A DNA stretch of 64,000 bases from Neophaeotheca triangularis. Its lineage: Eukaryota. The DNA is taken from NCBI GenBank assembly GCA_054600435.1, contig BAAIJX010000004.1:372001-436000 (forward strand). The letters run 5' to 3'. Positions 12,801-24,453 of the stretch are shown piece after piece (within the stretch, counting starts at the first letter, position 1; the number at the start of each line of letters is the position of its first letter). A program made the translations under genes and the position numbers. The notes below the pieces were generated by a model that made no database searches, had not been told where the DNA came from, and saw only the letters and a list, made by a program, of their open reading frames with translations.

Positions 12801-13931
12801 AACCTTAACCTGGTATCGACAGATTCCTCCCTTCCGGATTTGCTACGGGAAACCGAGGCTGAGCCGGCAACGGTCCTCACCACGCCACAAGTTGTCAACA
12901 TCCGCAAGGGCGCGCAAGCGAAGAAATTCAACTGGCGCAAGGGCGGCGAAAAAGTGGCCAAGAATGTTACCAAGGGTCTCAAGGGTGCTTTCGCATCCGC
13001 TCCCGCCCACGAGGGCGTGCAATACAGAGAACGTGAAATCGGCCTGCCGTACAACATGACCCAACAGGCCATTGGCGGTAGCGAGCAGAGCAGCATGATG
13101 AGCGGCAGCCGTGTCGGTCCAGACGGCAAGCCAAACGCCGCCGGCTTCGGCTTCTTTGGCCAAAAGAACGGCGGCAAGCAAGCTGGCAACATGGGCGCCC
13201 AAAGAAACAACAGCAGCACCAATCTCGCACCCGCTGCAGAAGCGTCAGGTAAGTTACCCTACTCCTCATATTCCATGATCGACCTTTCCTCTATTCTGTC
13301 CCCAACACGACCCGCGCCAACACATCCCACAGTCCTCTTCGGTTCCGAACTCTCGGCGCGCTGCGAATACGAAAACCGCCTGATCCCGTCCATCATAACC
13401 CGGTGCATCGCGGAAGTGGAAAACCGCGGTATGCTCGTTGAAGGCGTTTACCGCAAATCGGGTGGGGCGGGCCAAGTCAAGCTGGTGCAGCAAGGTTTCG
13501 AAAAAGACGACAAATTCGACATATCCGATGACGACCTCGACATCCACGCCGTTACTAGCGCGCTGAAGCAGTACTTCCGTAAACTCCCCACGCCGCTCAT
13601 TACCTACGACGTCTACGAAGCGCTCCTCGAAGCCGGACAGTTGGGTGCTACCGAGGGGGAGAAGAAGCAGGCGATGGCCATGCGCGCCGCGGTCAACGAG
13701 CTACCCGACTACCACCGCAATTGCTTGGAGTATTTGATTCAGCATTTGGCTAGAGTTATCTCGCACGAGGGCCAGAACCTGATGACTCCAGGCAACTTGG
13801 CTGTGGTATTTGCTCCGACTATCATGCGGCCGCTGAGCATTGAGAGGGAAATGAGTGATATGCTCGCGCAGAGGACGGCGGTGCAGGCACTGTTGGATCT
13901 GCATGAGACAGTCTTTGGTGGCGAGGAGTGA
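9847..13931 (+). CDS. LIM-domain Rho GTPase-activating protein (Rga1/Rga2 type)
   Basis: Two N-terminal LIM zinc fingers (CKGCGDILEEGKAFELAGNRWHIDCFRC...), a coiled coil and a C-terminal RhoGAP domain (EGVYRKSG, LKQYFRKLPTPL, NLMTPGNLAVVFAPT). Introns are inferred at 9925-9986, 10018-10083, 10642-10701 and 13249-13332. Confidence 0.92.
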
Positions 13932-14734
13932 GTTGATGGGGCTCCAAGGGAAGAGATGAGGCCACAAAAACAAGCGGATTTGACGCTTATGACGAGAAAG
14001 AAATGTCACGACCATGGGCACAGCGAATACGGACATGGGAAGGTGGGGAATAGGATATGACCTTTCGTAACGGCTCGACCAGCACGACCGTTTTCTCAAC
14101 TCTCGACATGGAAAATGCTGCTTCCAGCGATGGCATTTTTGACGAGCAGCGGGTATTTCTTTCCGTTGCCGGGAGAGTGATGGTTTGTGGATAATGGCAA
14201 GGGGCTTGACAATGCGGATCGGATAGTGCTCAGAGCGTTTGTAGCGTTTTCTGTGTAACAACAGCCGTTTTGTGTTGTCGTGCAGCTGTGTCGAGGTCGT
14301 TTTTGTTTCATGGTCTCTGCTTGCTCGATCGGTTTGTTCTTGAGTATGACGCTGCTTTGTTATTAACTCAGGTTGCCTTGTCCACTGCCCCTGGCACAAG
14401 TTGTTCGAGTACCTAAGCTTCACTGCGGCCTCAGGCATGTCTCTCGCAAGCTTCCGAGTCGAAGCTCCCCTGCCCTAAAGCCGAGCTCGCCGACGTGGCC
14501 GACCTCACCTCTCGACTTGATGCCGCCGCGAGCGGACAAGCATTGCATAACAACCTATTCGATTGAACTATCCCCCGCTTAGTCCCATAAAGTGTGCGCA
14601 ATTCCATCAATGAGCAATAGAAATCACCACTAAAACCGCAACCCGACACCAATAACAGCGCAACGATCCACCACCCCTAACCTCAGCCCACGACCTACCT
14701 CATCACCCCAGCTCGCATACAAATCCTACCTACA

Positions 14735-15976
14735 ATGTCCTCCCAAAAACGCATCGAACAATGGGAAATCGACCGCTATTGGGACATCTTCGCCTCCCTC
14801 TCCAACGGCGGCACGCACTTATCCGGCGAACAAGCCGCCAGCGTCCTCAAAAACTCCCAACTCCGCGACGACCAATTGGAAAAGATCTGGGACCTCGCCG
14901 ACGTCGACAACGACGGCAGCTTGGATTTTGAAGAATTCTGCGTCGCCATGCGCCTCATCTACGACATCATGAACGGCGAGTACCGCGATGTGCCGGCCAG
15001 CTTGCCCGACTGGCTGGTCCCCGAGAGCAAGGCGTACTTGGTGCAAGCCGGACGCGCGGTGAGCGGAGGGGGCGAGAAGTTCGAGCGGGATTTCGACGAG
15101 GACGACGACGACGACGGCAGCGGTGTCGGGCTCAAGGATGGTTTCGACTGGTACATGAGTCCCGGCGACCGGAGCAAGTACGAGGAAATTTACACGGCGA
15201 ACCGCAACCCGAGCGACGGGCGCATCGCTTTCCAGGCCCTGCACGAGCTGTACGAGAGCCTCGACGTGCCGGACACGGACGTGCGCAGCGCGTGGAATCT
15301 CGTCAACCCGCGCAGTGAGGAGGGGATTAACAAGGATGCGTGTCTGGCGTTTTTGCATCTTCTGAATATGCGGCACGAGGGCTTTCGGATCCCGAGGAGC
15401 GTGCCCCCGAGTTTGAGGGCGACTTTTGAGCAGGGCCGGATTGAGTATAATGTCGAGAGGGTGCAGACTGCGCAGGAGCGGTGGGGGAGTAAGCGGGACG
15501 ATAGCACGGTTAGTGGGAAGAAAGCCAAGTTTGGGGATGCGTATTTGTCGCGGTTGGGGGTGGGTGGGGAGCGGAAGCCCAAGGGGACGGATTTCTCGAA
15601 TACGCCGCAGGAGGGGGAGTGGGAGGAGGTGAGGTTGAAGAAGCAGTTGAAGGGGATTGAGGCCAAGATGGCCAAGGTTGAGGAGGCGGCTGCGAGGCGG
15701 AGGGAGAGGGGCGGTGGCGGCGGCAGGGAGGATAGTAGGCCCGCGCTCGTCAAGAGGGAATTGGAGCAGTTGATGGAATATAAGCGCCGCGAGCTTAGAG
15801 GGTTGGAATCGGGCGAGGACAAGGGGGCGAAGAAGGGGCAGGCGCTCAAGGGGTTCGCCGAGGAGATTGCCATGGTCAAGGAGCAGGTTGATGGTTTGCA
15901 GGAGCATTTGCGGAAGAGGGAGGCGGTTTTGCAGGGGCTGAGGGATGAGATTGAGGCGGAGAAGGGCGCTCGTTGA
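14735..15976 (+). CDS. END3: Actin cytoskeleton-regulatory complex protein End3 (EH domains)
   Basis: Begins [15 protein letters not shown], has EH domains ([28 protein letters not shown]) and a [10 protein letters not shown] coiled-coil tail. Confidence 0.93.
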   Translation: MSSQKRIEQWEIDRYWDIFASLSNGGTHLSGEQAASVLKNSQLRDDQLEKIWDLADVDNDGSLDFEEFCVAMRLIYDIMNGEYRDVPASLPDWLVPESKAYLVQAGRAVSGGGEKFERDFDEDDDDDGSGVGLKDGFDWYMSPGDRSKYEEIYTANRNPSDGRIAFQALHELYESLDVPDTDVRSAWNLVNPRSEEGINKDACLAFLHLLNMRHEGFRIPRSVPPSLRATFEQGRIEYNVERVQTAQERWGSKRDDSTVSGKKAKFGDAYLSRLGVGGERKPKGTDFSNTPQEGEWEEVRLKKQLKGIEAKMAKVEEAAARRRERGGGGGREDSRPALVKRELEQLMEYKRRELRGLESGEDKGAKKGQALKGFAEEIAMVKEQVDGLQEHLRKREAVLQGLRDEIEAEKGAR

Positions 15977-16777
15977 TCTGTGGGGTCTTGGTGCTTGGGT
16001 ACGTCACTTGCCGTTGCTGGCCTTTATGGATGTAAAGCGTTCAAGCGGGCTGGATGGGCGGGGCGGGAATGTATGGATTGTACCGTTTATCAACAAACAT
16101 ATCTGTTAAGAGCGTGACTGCTTCCACCGGAGGACTTTGTTTTTTCCCGCAGGCTTCAAGGAGGCCAAACCTGCCGTCCCGTCCCCCCCAGGTGCTTACG
16201 CCTCCCTGACTGGCAGTTCTTTGGCTAAACAAAATGGCTTGATATTATACAATGCAGCCGCTCCGTCCAGATACCACCCTAGCCCAGCGAATATAAAGCA
16301 TCCTTAGATTCACTGAGCTGTGGTCGTATCTGGGAGGAATGACTGGGCTTATGAAAATAACCACTTTTTTTTTGGGAAAAACAAACAGGTTTCGAGTTGC
16401 GCGGAGGTGGAACGTGTGAGCGTCGCGGATACCATGGTCTTCTCTATCAACAATTCTGACCGACAGCCTCACAGCCACAACGATCACCAGCCGGCACTCG
16501 TAGCTCACATTCTTCTTCGCAAAGGCCGGACCACCAGAGGCACGAGCTCTGCCGACCCTGAAAAGACATGTAGGAAGACGCCGTGGGCACGGTATACCTG
16601 GAGGTCTACCATTTGAAGCCATTCATTTCCTTTGTGGCGCGTTCCGAGACTGTGTTAGTCTAGCATGCAAGAGCATGGCAAGGGATCATTACAAGGTAGG
16701 GATATATGACTGCCTCATACCCAAGGTCAAATGTTGTATCCACTGGCGCAAAACCAGGCCATTTCCAAAATTCAAAC

Positions 16778-17863
16778 ATGTCGAGTCTCCAAGAACAGCT
16801 CAAAGAAGCATCAAGCAAGAACCGCGAACTCCTAGCCATTATCGCGGAAACCGACTACACCCCGGCTGCGCAGAAGCAAAACGCATTGTACATCAGCGAC
16901 CTCAAGGAAAACCTCGACGAAGCCAAAGAATGCCTTCGCAAAGCCCAAGTCAAGACCGAATGGGAGCGCAAAGACCACACAGACCTCCAAGACTCCCACA
17001 TCTGCCGCACGCTGTACTCCTTCCGCGGCAGCAAAGGCAAAGAGGCCTTCGCCCAAAAAGCATGCGAAAGAAGAACAAACCTTCCCCCGCCGCTGGAACG
17101 CCGAGTGAGTAGCCCAAACCCGTCTCGACAACACTCTCCACGCTCTTGAAACCGCCGAAGCCCACCAAACCACCCTTGACACCGACACCGAACGCCACGA
17201 GGCAGCTCAAACCGAGATCGACACCCTCTACGACCGCCTCTTCGACGGCCTAACCCCCGAAATCCTCGGCCAAGACAGCCGGCAAGAAGTCCTCCGCCAA
17301 GCCCAAATCCTCTTCGACCAGGAGCGGCAAGTCGTCGAGCCCCTCCAGCAAGCAGAAAAAACTATCATCCAAGCTGCAGCATCTATGGACCAAGCCTGGC
17401 ACCAAAGTCGAGAAGGGCTGCTGGGGGCATCAACCAGTATCCTGGAAGCAAACTTTCTCGCCGCCTCCTCGAAAGCGCATGGATAGACCCGCAGGTTGGT
17501 GCAAGCTGCCCGCCGCTTGCAGCCCGAGATCGCCGAGAGAGGAACCTGCAACCTGGATCGAGAGACAAGACGGCCGAGGAGGTTATGGTGGCTTTTTCCG
17601 ATCATGCCGAGCATGCGCGCGTGCAGGCCTGGGCGGGCAGGTGTAGGGAGGCTTGGTTGGAGTTGGCGAGGGAGGTTTTGCCGCAGGAGGGCAGGGTGCA
17701 GGGGTTTGAGGGGAGGGCGGCGGAAGCGAGGGGGAGGTTTGAGGAGGCTAAGGGGCAGTTGAGGAGGATTAGGGGGGAGGCTTTTATGGGTGTTGGTAAG
17801 GGGGTGTTGAGGCTGGGGAGCAGTTGCCGGCCTATAGCTAGCTCAAGGGTGGAGTATGGATAG
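16778..17863 (+). pseudogene. Disrupted gene for an uncharacterised fungal coiled-coil protein
   Basis: Coiled-coil-like segments lie in different frames: MSSLQEQLKEASSKNRELL..., ...EIDTLYDRLFDGLTPE..., ...LVQAARRLQPEI..., ...EEAKGQLRRIRGEAF. Frame changes occur near 17060-17110 and 17580, and there is an in-frame TAG at 17484-17486. Confidence 0.65.
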
Positions 17864-17992
17864 AGTATGGGAAGATGAAAGCTGCTTGAGATCGATCTGT
17901 TTCTCGTTATTCGCGTCACTATTTCTGCGTAGGTAGTCTTACAGTCCAGCCCAGTCAATCTGCAACCCTAGCGCTTAGAGAAAGCCCCTACC

Positions 17993-18883
17993 TCACCTAT
18001 TCCTAAGCCTCCGTTGCGCCAGCTCCGGCGCCAATTCAATCAACAACTCCGCCGCATCCTCAATCCTAGCAATCTCCTCATCTACTCTCCTCGACGACGG
18101 CGGCGGCGCAGAACCCCCCCGCATCCTCCGGTAAGGCATCAATCCCCGCCGCGAAGCGTACAGCGAGCCGGAGCGACGCCGGCTCTGCGATCTAAGAACC
18201 AGCACCCCGGCTGAGTCGGGCGAAGGCGAACGGCTACCCCATACCGAATCTGCATCCAGATCCCTCCGAACTAACCCCCTCCCCCTCGAGCCCAGAGCCC
18301 CGAGCCCCACGCCAGCATTCTCAACATCCCTGGCAATCCTCAGCGCCGCCGTATCGCCAATCGACGCAATCATATCCGCAACTTGGGCATCCTCCCTCAG
18401 CAACTGACGGTAACAATCCTCCTTCAACCCATCCTCCATAGACGAGCGCAAAACGGCATAACACCATAGGAAAACCTCTTTCGGCGAGCCCCGGACAACT
18501 TCCGCGGTTTCAACCAAAAAGTACTCGTGCAAAGCGCCGCCGATGGCTCGACTTTTGAACGTGCGCGAAACTTCGGCGTAGGCCCGGAAACTGGCGAGTT
18601 CGGGATTGCGACGAGCGGCGAGGGCGGTGGAAGCTTGGATTTTGCCCACTATGGCGTTCTCCAGGGCACGTCTCGAGAGCGTTGGTCCAACGGTCGTGAG
18701 CTGGATGATGTGGAAGTAGGCGTTGTGGAGAGCTCTCAGGCGGAGGGATCCACGGCCCCCTTGTTCGTCCGTCTCGGGACTGCTTTGGGCGAGGTGTGCG
18801 CATAGTTGGAGCGGTGGGAGGGCGGGGTATTGCCGCCACAGCTGCTGGAGACCAGGGAGGAGGCGCTGGAGTTGGGTTGTCAT
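17993..18883 (-). CDS. Hypothetical protein (296 aa)
   Basis: ATG-started intact ORF with a helical-looking N-terminal region, an Arg/Ser-rich linker and a short acidic C-terminal helix. I recognised no family. Confidence 0.6.
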   Translation of the reverse strand: MTTQLQRLLPGLQQLWRQYPALPPLQLCAHLAQSSPETDEQGGRGSLRLRALHNAYFHIIQLTTVGPTLSRRALENAIVGKIQASTALAARRNPELASFRAYAEVSRTFKSRAIGGALHEYFLVETAEVVRGSPKEVFLWCYAVLRSSMEDGLKEDCYRQLLREDAQVADMIASIGDTAALRIARDVENAGVGLGALGSRGRGLVRRDLDADSVWGSRSPSPDSAGVLVLRSQSRRRSGSLYASRRGLMPYRRMRGGSAPPPSSRRVDEEIARIEDAAELLIELAPELAQRRLRNR

Positions 18884-19765
18884 TGGGGAGACGTCTGGAG
18901 AGGGGTTGTTAGTTGAGGTAGGAATTGTAGATTGGCTGGGAGGTTGCTGGGCGCAAGGTGCTGCGGCTCAGGGTTATATCACTCCGGCGTCACGTCACTA
19001 CAAGGTTGAGAGCAAACAATTTCAACCCTACCCTGATCTCATGCGTTTTGTGCTACGCGGCACAGCTTGGGCTCTAACGGTTGCCTTCTTGTCTTCGCAT
19101 GAGATATCACTGGCTCATGGCGAATCAATTCTTCCCGCATAAGAACGGGAGCCTGACAAGGCACTGATGCGGTGTCCAGACTATTTGCGTTGGCCGCTGG
19201 TCAACTTCACGAACCCCTGTTATGATTGCGCTTACTGCTGGTACAAAGTTGACGCCTGTGTGTCACGCTGAGCTGTCCATTGTATCGCCGCCTCCGACGA
19301 CATAGTCATTCGCCGCCATGACCGCGCTGATGGGGGGCGAGTATGACTGAGAAGGCTTCTTTGGGTGCTGTCCTGTGTTTGTGACAGGATCGTGACCAGG
19401 TGTCTTTTCGCGTCAGACCAACGAGAGACTAACGGGGCAGGTGTGAAACTTGAGTAGGGGCAATTGATTTTCGATGGCTCGTCGTGCGTTCATCAGCCCC
19501 TTCAACTTTTAGGTGTTCCAGATGAAAAATTGTTCCGCGGGTTAGGATCAGGGTTTGGGGACTCATGTATTACTAGAAGGTCATCAGAGATGAGGAGCAT
19601 TGCCAGGGAGCATCAGTTTGATGAAGAAAAAAAGTAACAAGTACTTGATATCGATGTATCGTCGCTTTCTTTTTTGCGCATCATTAGTGCGCCGAGCGCT
19701 CGCCTTGATACGTGAAACGCCACACGCCTTACCACCCCTACTCACAGGAACATCATCGATACCCC

Positions 19766-21013
19766 TTAGTCTTCCTCCGCTTCCTCCTCGACCTTCGCAC
19801 TCAGATTGCGTTGCTGCACCTGCATTGAGCCGCTCGCTGGCACGCTTTCCGTCCCAGTGGCACTCGCCGTGACGGGCTTTGAGATTTGAGGTTCCGACTT
19901 GTCCTTCTTGTCCTTGCCGCCAGCCTTCTCTTCAGCTTGAGATGTATCGTCCGCTTTGGCTTCCTTCTTCGCCTTCTTGCGCTCCTTTTCTGCCTTCTTT
20001 CTCTTCTTGACGGCCTTCTCGTCCTCGTGCCAAGCCCATAATGGTTTGAAGGAATCGAAGAAACCGACGTCCTCAAAGAGGTTGGGATAGAGCCAGAAAC
20101 CGGGCGGTGCGGCAAACATGGTGACGAGGAACAGGATGAGTCGGAAGATGGCCATAGCGAAGAAGAGACCAAGTAGACCAAGCATGCCCATACTGATATA
20201 CCAGACCCCAAGTCGAAGATGATAGGGCCAGACTGGGAAGAAGACGACGGCGAGAATTGCGGCCAAGGCACCACCGGCGAGCAACTTATTCTTCCACTGC
20301 GGACCGTCGTACAGCCAGACGTAGTGGTAGTCGTCTCTCGCTTCTTGCTGCGGTTCAACCTTGACAGTCCAGAGACCCTTGACTCGCTTCTTCTTGCCAT
20401 GGTCGTGACCTGCATGCGGATCCACCTTGCTCACCCTCAACGCCAGCATAGACATGGGCAAGAGCTTGAAGCAGTTCTCTGCCGTCACGCGATCCTTGAC
20501 CTCAGGCAGCAGCGGGTTCTTCTTCCTCGCTTTCTCGTAGGCAGGAGAGTTGAGGGCGCGAATCGCACGCTTGACCTTGAACATGTCCTTCCTCTTCTCC
20601 TGAAAGATGCATGTGCGCATCTTGAGCGGTTGGCTGCGGAGGAAGTTGGCAAGAGCGATGGCTTCAGGTTTTGGGGGTCCGGGAGCAATGGGGACCTGTT
20701 GGCCTGGCTGGGCGCCGCCGCCTTGTTGCTGTCGCTGAGCTTGCTGTTGTCGCATGGCTTGTTGCTGCATGGCTTGTTGCTTGATCTTCTGAATGTACTC
20801 TGGCACTGACATGCCCGCCTTTTGAGCCTCAACTGCTATTTGCTGCTGCATTTGGCGGACCTGCTCGGGAGAGGGTTGTTGCCCTGGCTGCAGTTGGATT
20901 CCTGGTGGTCCTCCCTGGGCACCTCCTTGCGGACCTCCTTGCGGACCTCCTTGCGGACCTCCTGCTGTTGCGGCTTGCGGGCCTCCGGGGCCTGAAGGCA
21001 TTGGCTGCGCCAT
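19766..21013 (-). CDS. SEC62: ER translocation protein Sec62
   Basis: Contains MFKVKRAIRAL, YVWLYDG, two transmembrane segments and PPGFWLYPNLFEDVGFFDSFKPLWAW. The N-terminus is GGPQ/Gln-rich. Confidence 0.95.
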   Translation of the reverse strand: MAQPMPSGPGGPQAATAGGPQGGPQGGPQGGAQGGPPGIQLQPGQQPSPEQVRQMQQQIAVEAQKAGMSVPEYIQKIKQQAMQQQAMRQQQAQRQQQGGGAQPGQQVPIAPGPPKPEAIALANFLRSQPLKMRTCIFQEKRKDMFKVKRAIRALNSPAYEKARKKNPLLPEVKDRVTAENCFKLLPMSMLALRVSKVDPHAGHDHGKKKRVKGLWTVKVEPQQEARDDYHYVWLYDGPQWKNKLLAGGALAAILAVVFFPVWPYHLRLGVWYISMGMLGLLGLFFAMAIFRLILFLVTMFAAPPGFWLYPNLFEDVGFFDSFKPLWAWHEDEKAVKKRKKAEKERKKAKKEAKADDTSQAEEKAGGKDKKDKSEPQISKPVTASATGTESVPASGSMQVQQRNLSAKVEEEAEED

Positions 21014-21503
21014 GATTGACGTATCGCTCGCTCAGTGATTGCTGTGAGGAGGTGGGTGACACTAGGAGTCAACTCTATACGTCGTGTGTTGTAAAGTGAA
21101 GGTAACGTGTCGAAGCTGCACGTTCACCCAAAAAGGCGACTTGTCTTAAAGGTTCCAGGTTGTACCTGAGACTTACCTAGCCAGCGAGATCCGTTCGCCG
21201 AGGGAAATGTGTGACGTTGCCTGTAGCATGCGGCAATAGCCGTCCAGCAGCCAGCAGCCCTGGGGAGGGAGTTGTCGCGCGTGCACGTGACTGCTTCACC
21301 AAATGGCAAGCGGGGGGGGGCGTGTTTCGGCAGTGCCAAGATACCTGTCACGGAAAGGCTTCCGCCCGCACCTCAAAATTCCCTTTCGCTTCCATTCTCT
21401 TTGAAGCAGCAAAGCCGAGCTCGCGAGCGTAGGACGCCAACTTTGAAGAGACGACGAGGGCAGCCAATACCACCGACATCACAACCACTCCAACACCGCC
21501 GCC

Positions 21504-22128
21504 ATGCCTCCCAAGTTCGACCCCAACGAGGAGAAGATCATCCACCTCCGTGCGACGGGTGGTGAAATCGGTGCCTCCTCCGCGCTTGCGCCAAAGATCG
21601 GTCCTCTTGGTCTCTCGCCCAAGAAGGTCGGTGAAGACATTGCGAAGGCCACTGGTGACTGGGTACGCACATGAAGATTCAAGAGATTGTCCATTGCTGG
21701 CGGTGCACAAGTCATTAATACCCCACTCAGAAAGGTCTCCGCGTGACCGTCCGTCTTACCATCAAGAACCGTCAAGCCGCCGTCTCCGTCGTTCCCTCCG
21801 CTTCCTCCCTGGTCATCAAGGCGCTCAAGGAGCCCCCGCGGGACCGCAAGAAGGAGAAGAACATCAAGCACACCAAGTCCATCCCTCTCGACGAGATCAT
21901 CTCGATTGCCAGGACTATGCGCTACAAGTCGATGGCCAAGAGCCTTCAGGGTACAGTGAAGGAGATTCTCGGCACAGCGTTCAGCACGGGTTGCCAGGTA
22001 GACGGCAAGAGCCCTCAGGCCATCAACGAGGCCATCGACGCCGGGGAGATTGAGAGTGAGTCGGAACACTTTGGATGAGATATGCCCTTCAGATTCGACT
22101 AACACCATTTCCAGTTCCTGAGGAGTAA
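21504..22128 (+). CDS. RPL12: 60S ribosomal protein L12 (uL11)
   Basis: MPPKFDPNE...[32 protein letters not shown] and [22 protein letters not shown]. Introns at 21663-21730 and 22056-22114. Confidence 0.97.
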
Positions 22129-23431
22129 ACGCGAAAATGAGCATGAGTTTCTTTTAAGCGTGAGAACCAGGCGTTGAGTACGGCGGCCAGAGCTGTCCAT
22201 AGCCATTGAGCCAACATGCACCTGTTCCAACCGTTTTCAACCATTCGACATTCTTTCCAAGCGCGCAGAGAAGCACCGTGTCACGCGGGCAATAGAACGC
22301 TTGGATTCTCTCATTCTTTCATATTCCCCCTGCCCAACTTTGCCAACACTCTGGCCTAACCTCCATACCTCTACGGTTCGGGCCTATTTTGGTGCAAAGA
22401 AGATCGAATGTAAATCTGACCTATTACTCATCGCAATGTCTCGCCTCGGCCGTGGACATGGTGATCCATCATATTGGGTCTACATCTACTAACGCTACCC
22501 AGGTGATGGTGACTCAAAGTATCGGTTGGAAACTAATACCCCTGGCAATGCCTATCTGATTGCATTCTGAGAATCAAGGTCTGCGCAGAGAGTGGGCTGT
22601 CATGGTGGGGGCGTTGACCGTCTGGACATGAAGCTACATTAGGATATGGCCTCCAGTACCCGCATTTTAGGTGAGGTCTCGTAGTGTTGCCAAAGGTCCA
22701 ACACAATTGACTTGAGTCTAAGGAGCTCCTAAGCTGCGGCTGCAAACCTCTTCGCTCTTGTGATGATCAAATACCGTGACTTGCCAATGAGATTTGCTCT
22801 ACTAGATCCTCTGGATGTCGATGCCGTGCTTGACGAACTTGTGGCACAATATTAATATAGACGAAGCTGCAGCCACATGCATGTCGCCAAAGCCAGCGAA
22901 CGTTGTGGGAGCGACAGCGAATCAGCCCTCATAGTTTCTCTATCCAGAACATGGCCGTGACGCCGAATTGTCTTTCAATAGTGGGGACAAGAATGGATAA
23001 TCTGAATCTGCGCAAGTCGTTAGGGCGTGTAGTGTCTGGGAGATGTTGGATCACAATCGTAAACGGAGAACGAGTAGAAAGAAGGATAAGGATCATAAAG
23101 GTACGTACTGAGTACATAGTAGGTGGGTTTGGTTGTGCCAAACTATGGAAAATAATATTGATTGGCGCCCTGCAAGCCGCTGAAGTTTTATTAAACGTTG
23201 GAGCCGGCGATTTGCGGGCCGTGGAGTGTGGGCGCGATGGCGGTAGACGCACGTTGGAAGTGTGCGTTAGCGACAGCCTCTTTGACCAGGATGGGCGTTG
23301 ATGGGGCTGAAGCAGGCCAATCGACGTGCTCTTCCGCGCCGCGACTAGTCCCCTACCGCTCTTCTGACTGCCACATCCTGCATCCTCTCGTCTCGTCTGG
23401 CGAGCCTGTCTGTGATAGTAGTGGTCTGTCT

Positions 23432-23490
<59 letters not shown>

Positions 23491-23491
23491 C
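23432..23491. repeat. (CTGC)15 microsatellite
   Basis: Read directly from the sequence. Confidence 0.95.
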
Positions 23492-24453
23492 TCCTGCATG
23501 GCTGTGCACCTGTAACTAGTTACCATACTCTGCTAATAGTAAGGTAGTCTGTCGTTGTCGTTGCCATCTCCGTCCGCACTTCCGCTTCTGCTTCTTTGCG
23601 AAACCACCCCCCCTCCCCAACAACCCCCTCGGACTGCCAGGTAGGTTCTATGGAGACCTGTCTAGCAGGAAGAGGCGCATCTCGTACACCGTGTGCCTGA
23701 GACAGCCGTTTTGGTGTCCGAAACAACGCCCACCACAGCACCTTCCGCCATCAAGTCGTGCATCTGGTTCGACCAAGGAGAAAGGTACTAGAATATCTGA
23801 AGAAGAAGACATATCATGCTGAAGGCCGACTCCCCCGAAGCCTGGTAGATTCGGCCTCATACACAGGACTGTCCGTCTTGTCAAGGTACCGGCGCGGTGG
23901 ACGCGGGACTACCTTGGCTGTAGGAGACTGTTTCCTCCGAGCAGCCGTCCCGCTTGTCGAAGCAGACCGGAAAGAGACGTTTGTAGGCGCATAGACACGA
24001 GGTCAATACCCTTTCCCTTGCTTGCCGGGTGGGCAACACAACACAACCTGTGTGGCAGTGTGTGCTCCCGACCGCGCCGTCGCCCTGTGCCTGCGCGTTT
24101 CCGCGGCATTTGCGCGCCCGCCCGCCCCTCCATACCGATAGAAGACATAACATCGCCAATCTATCCGCTCTTGCTACGGATAGCCGCTCCTTTGTGATCA
24201 CTCCTCGCAGCGAATACCCGGGCGCAAGAGTTATTGTTGGATTGCGGGACGCGGTGGACCAGATCAGATATCGTGCTGGGGCTTGTTGCAGGCAGCGACT
24301 TCATCCTGCGGCCTGGGGTCAAAACGGTAGCTTTTACCTGCGAGACGCTGCGAGATGTCATGTGCGGCAGATGTGAAGGCATATCGCAAAGGTATCGGAA
24401 CATATCCTTACAAGTGAGGTCAAGGTCCGAAAGCTTTTGAGCCAGTCTCAGCC

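Noticed and set aside
14819..15907. 362-aa minus-strand ORF
   Set aside because: It is an antisense shadow of END3 caused by GC-rich codon bias.
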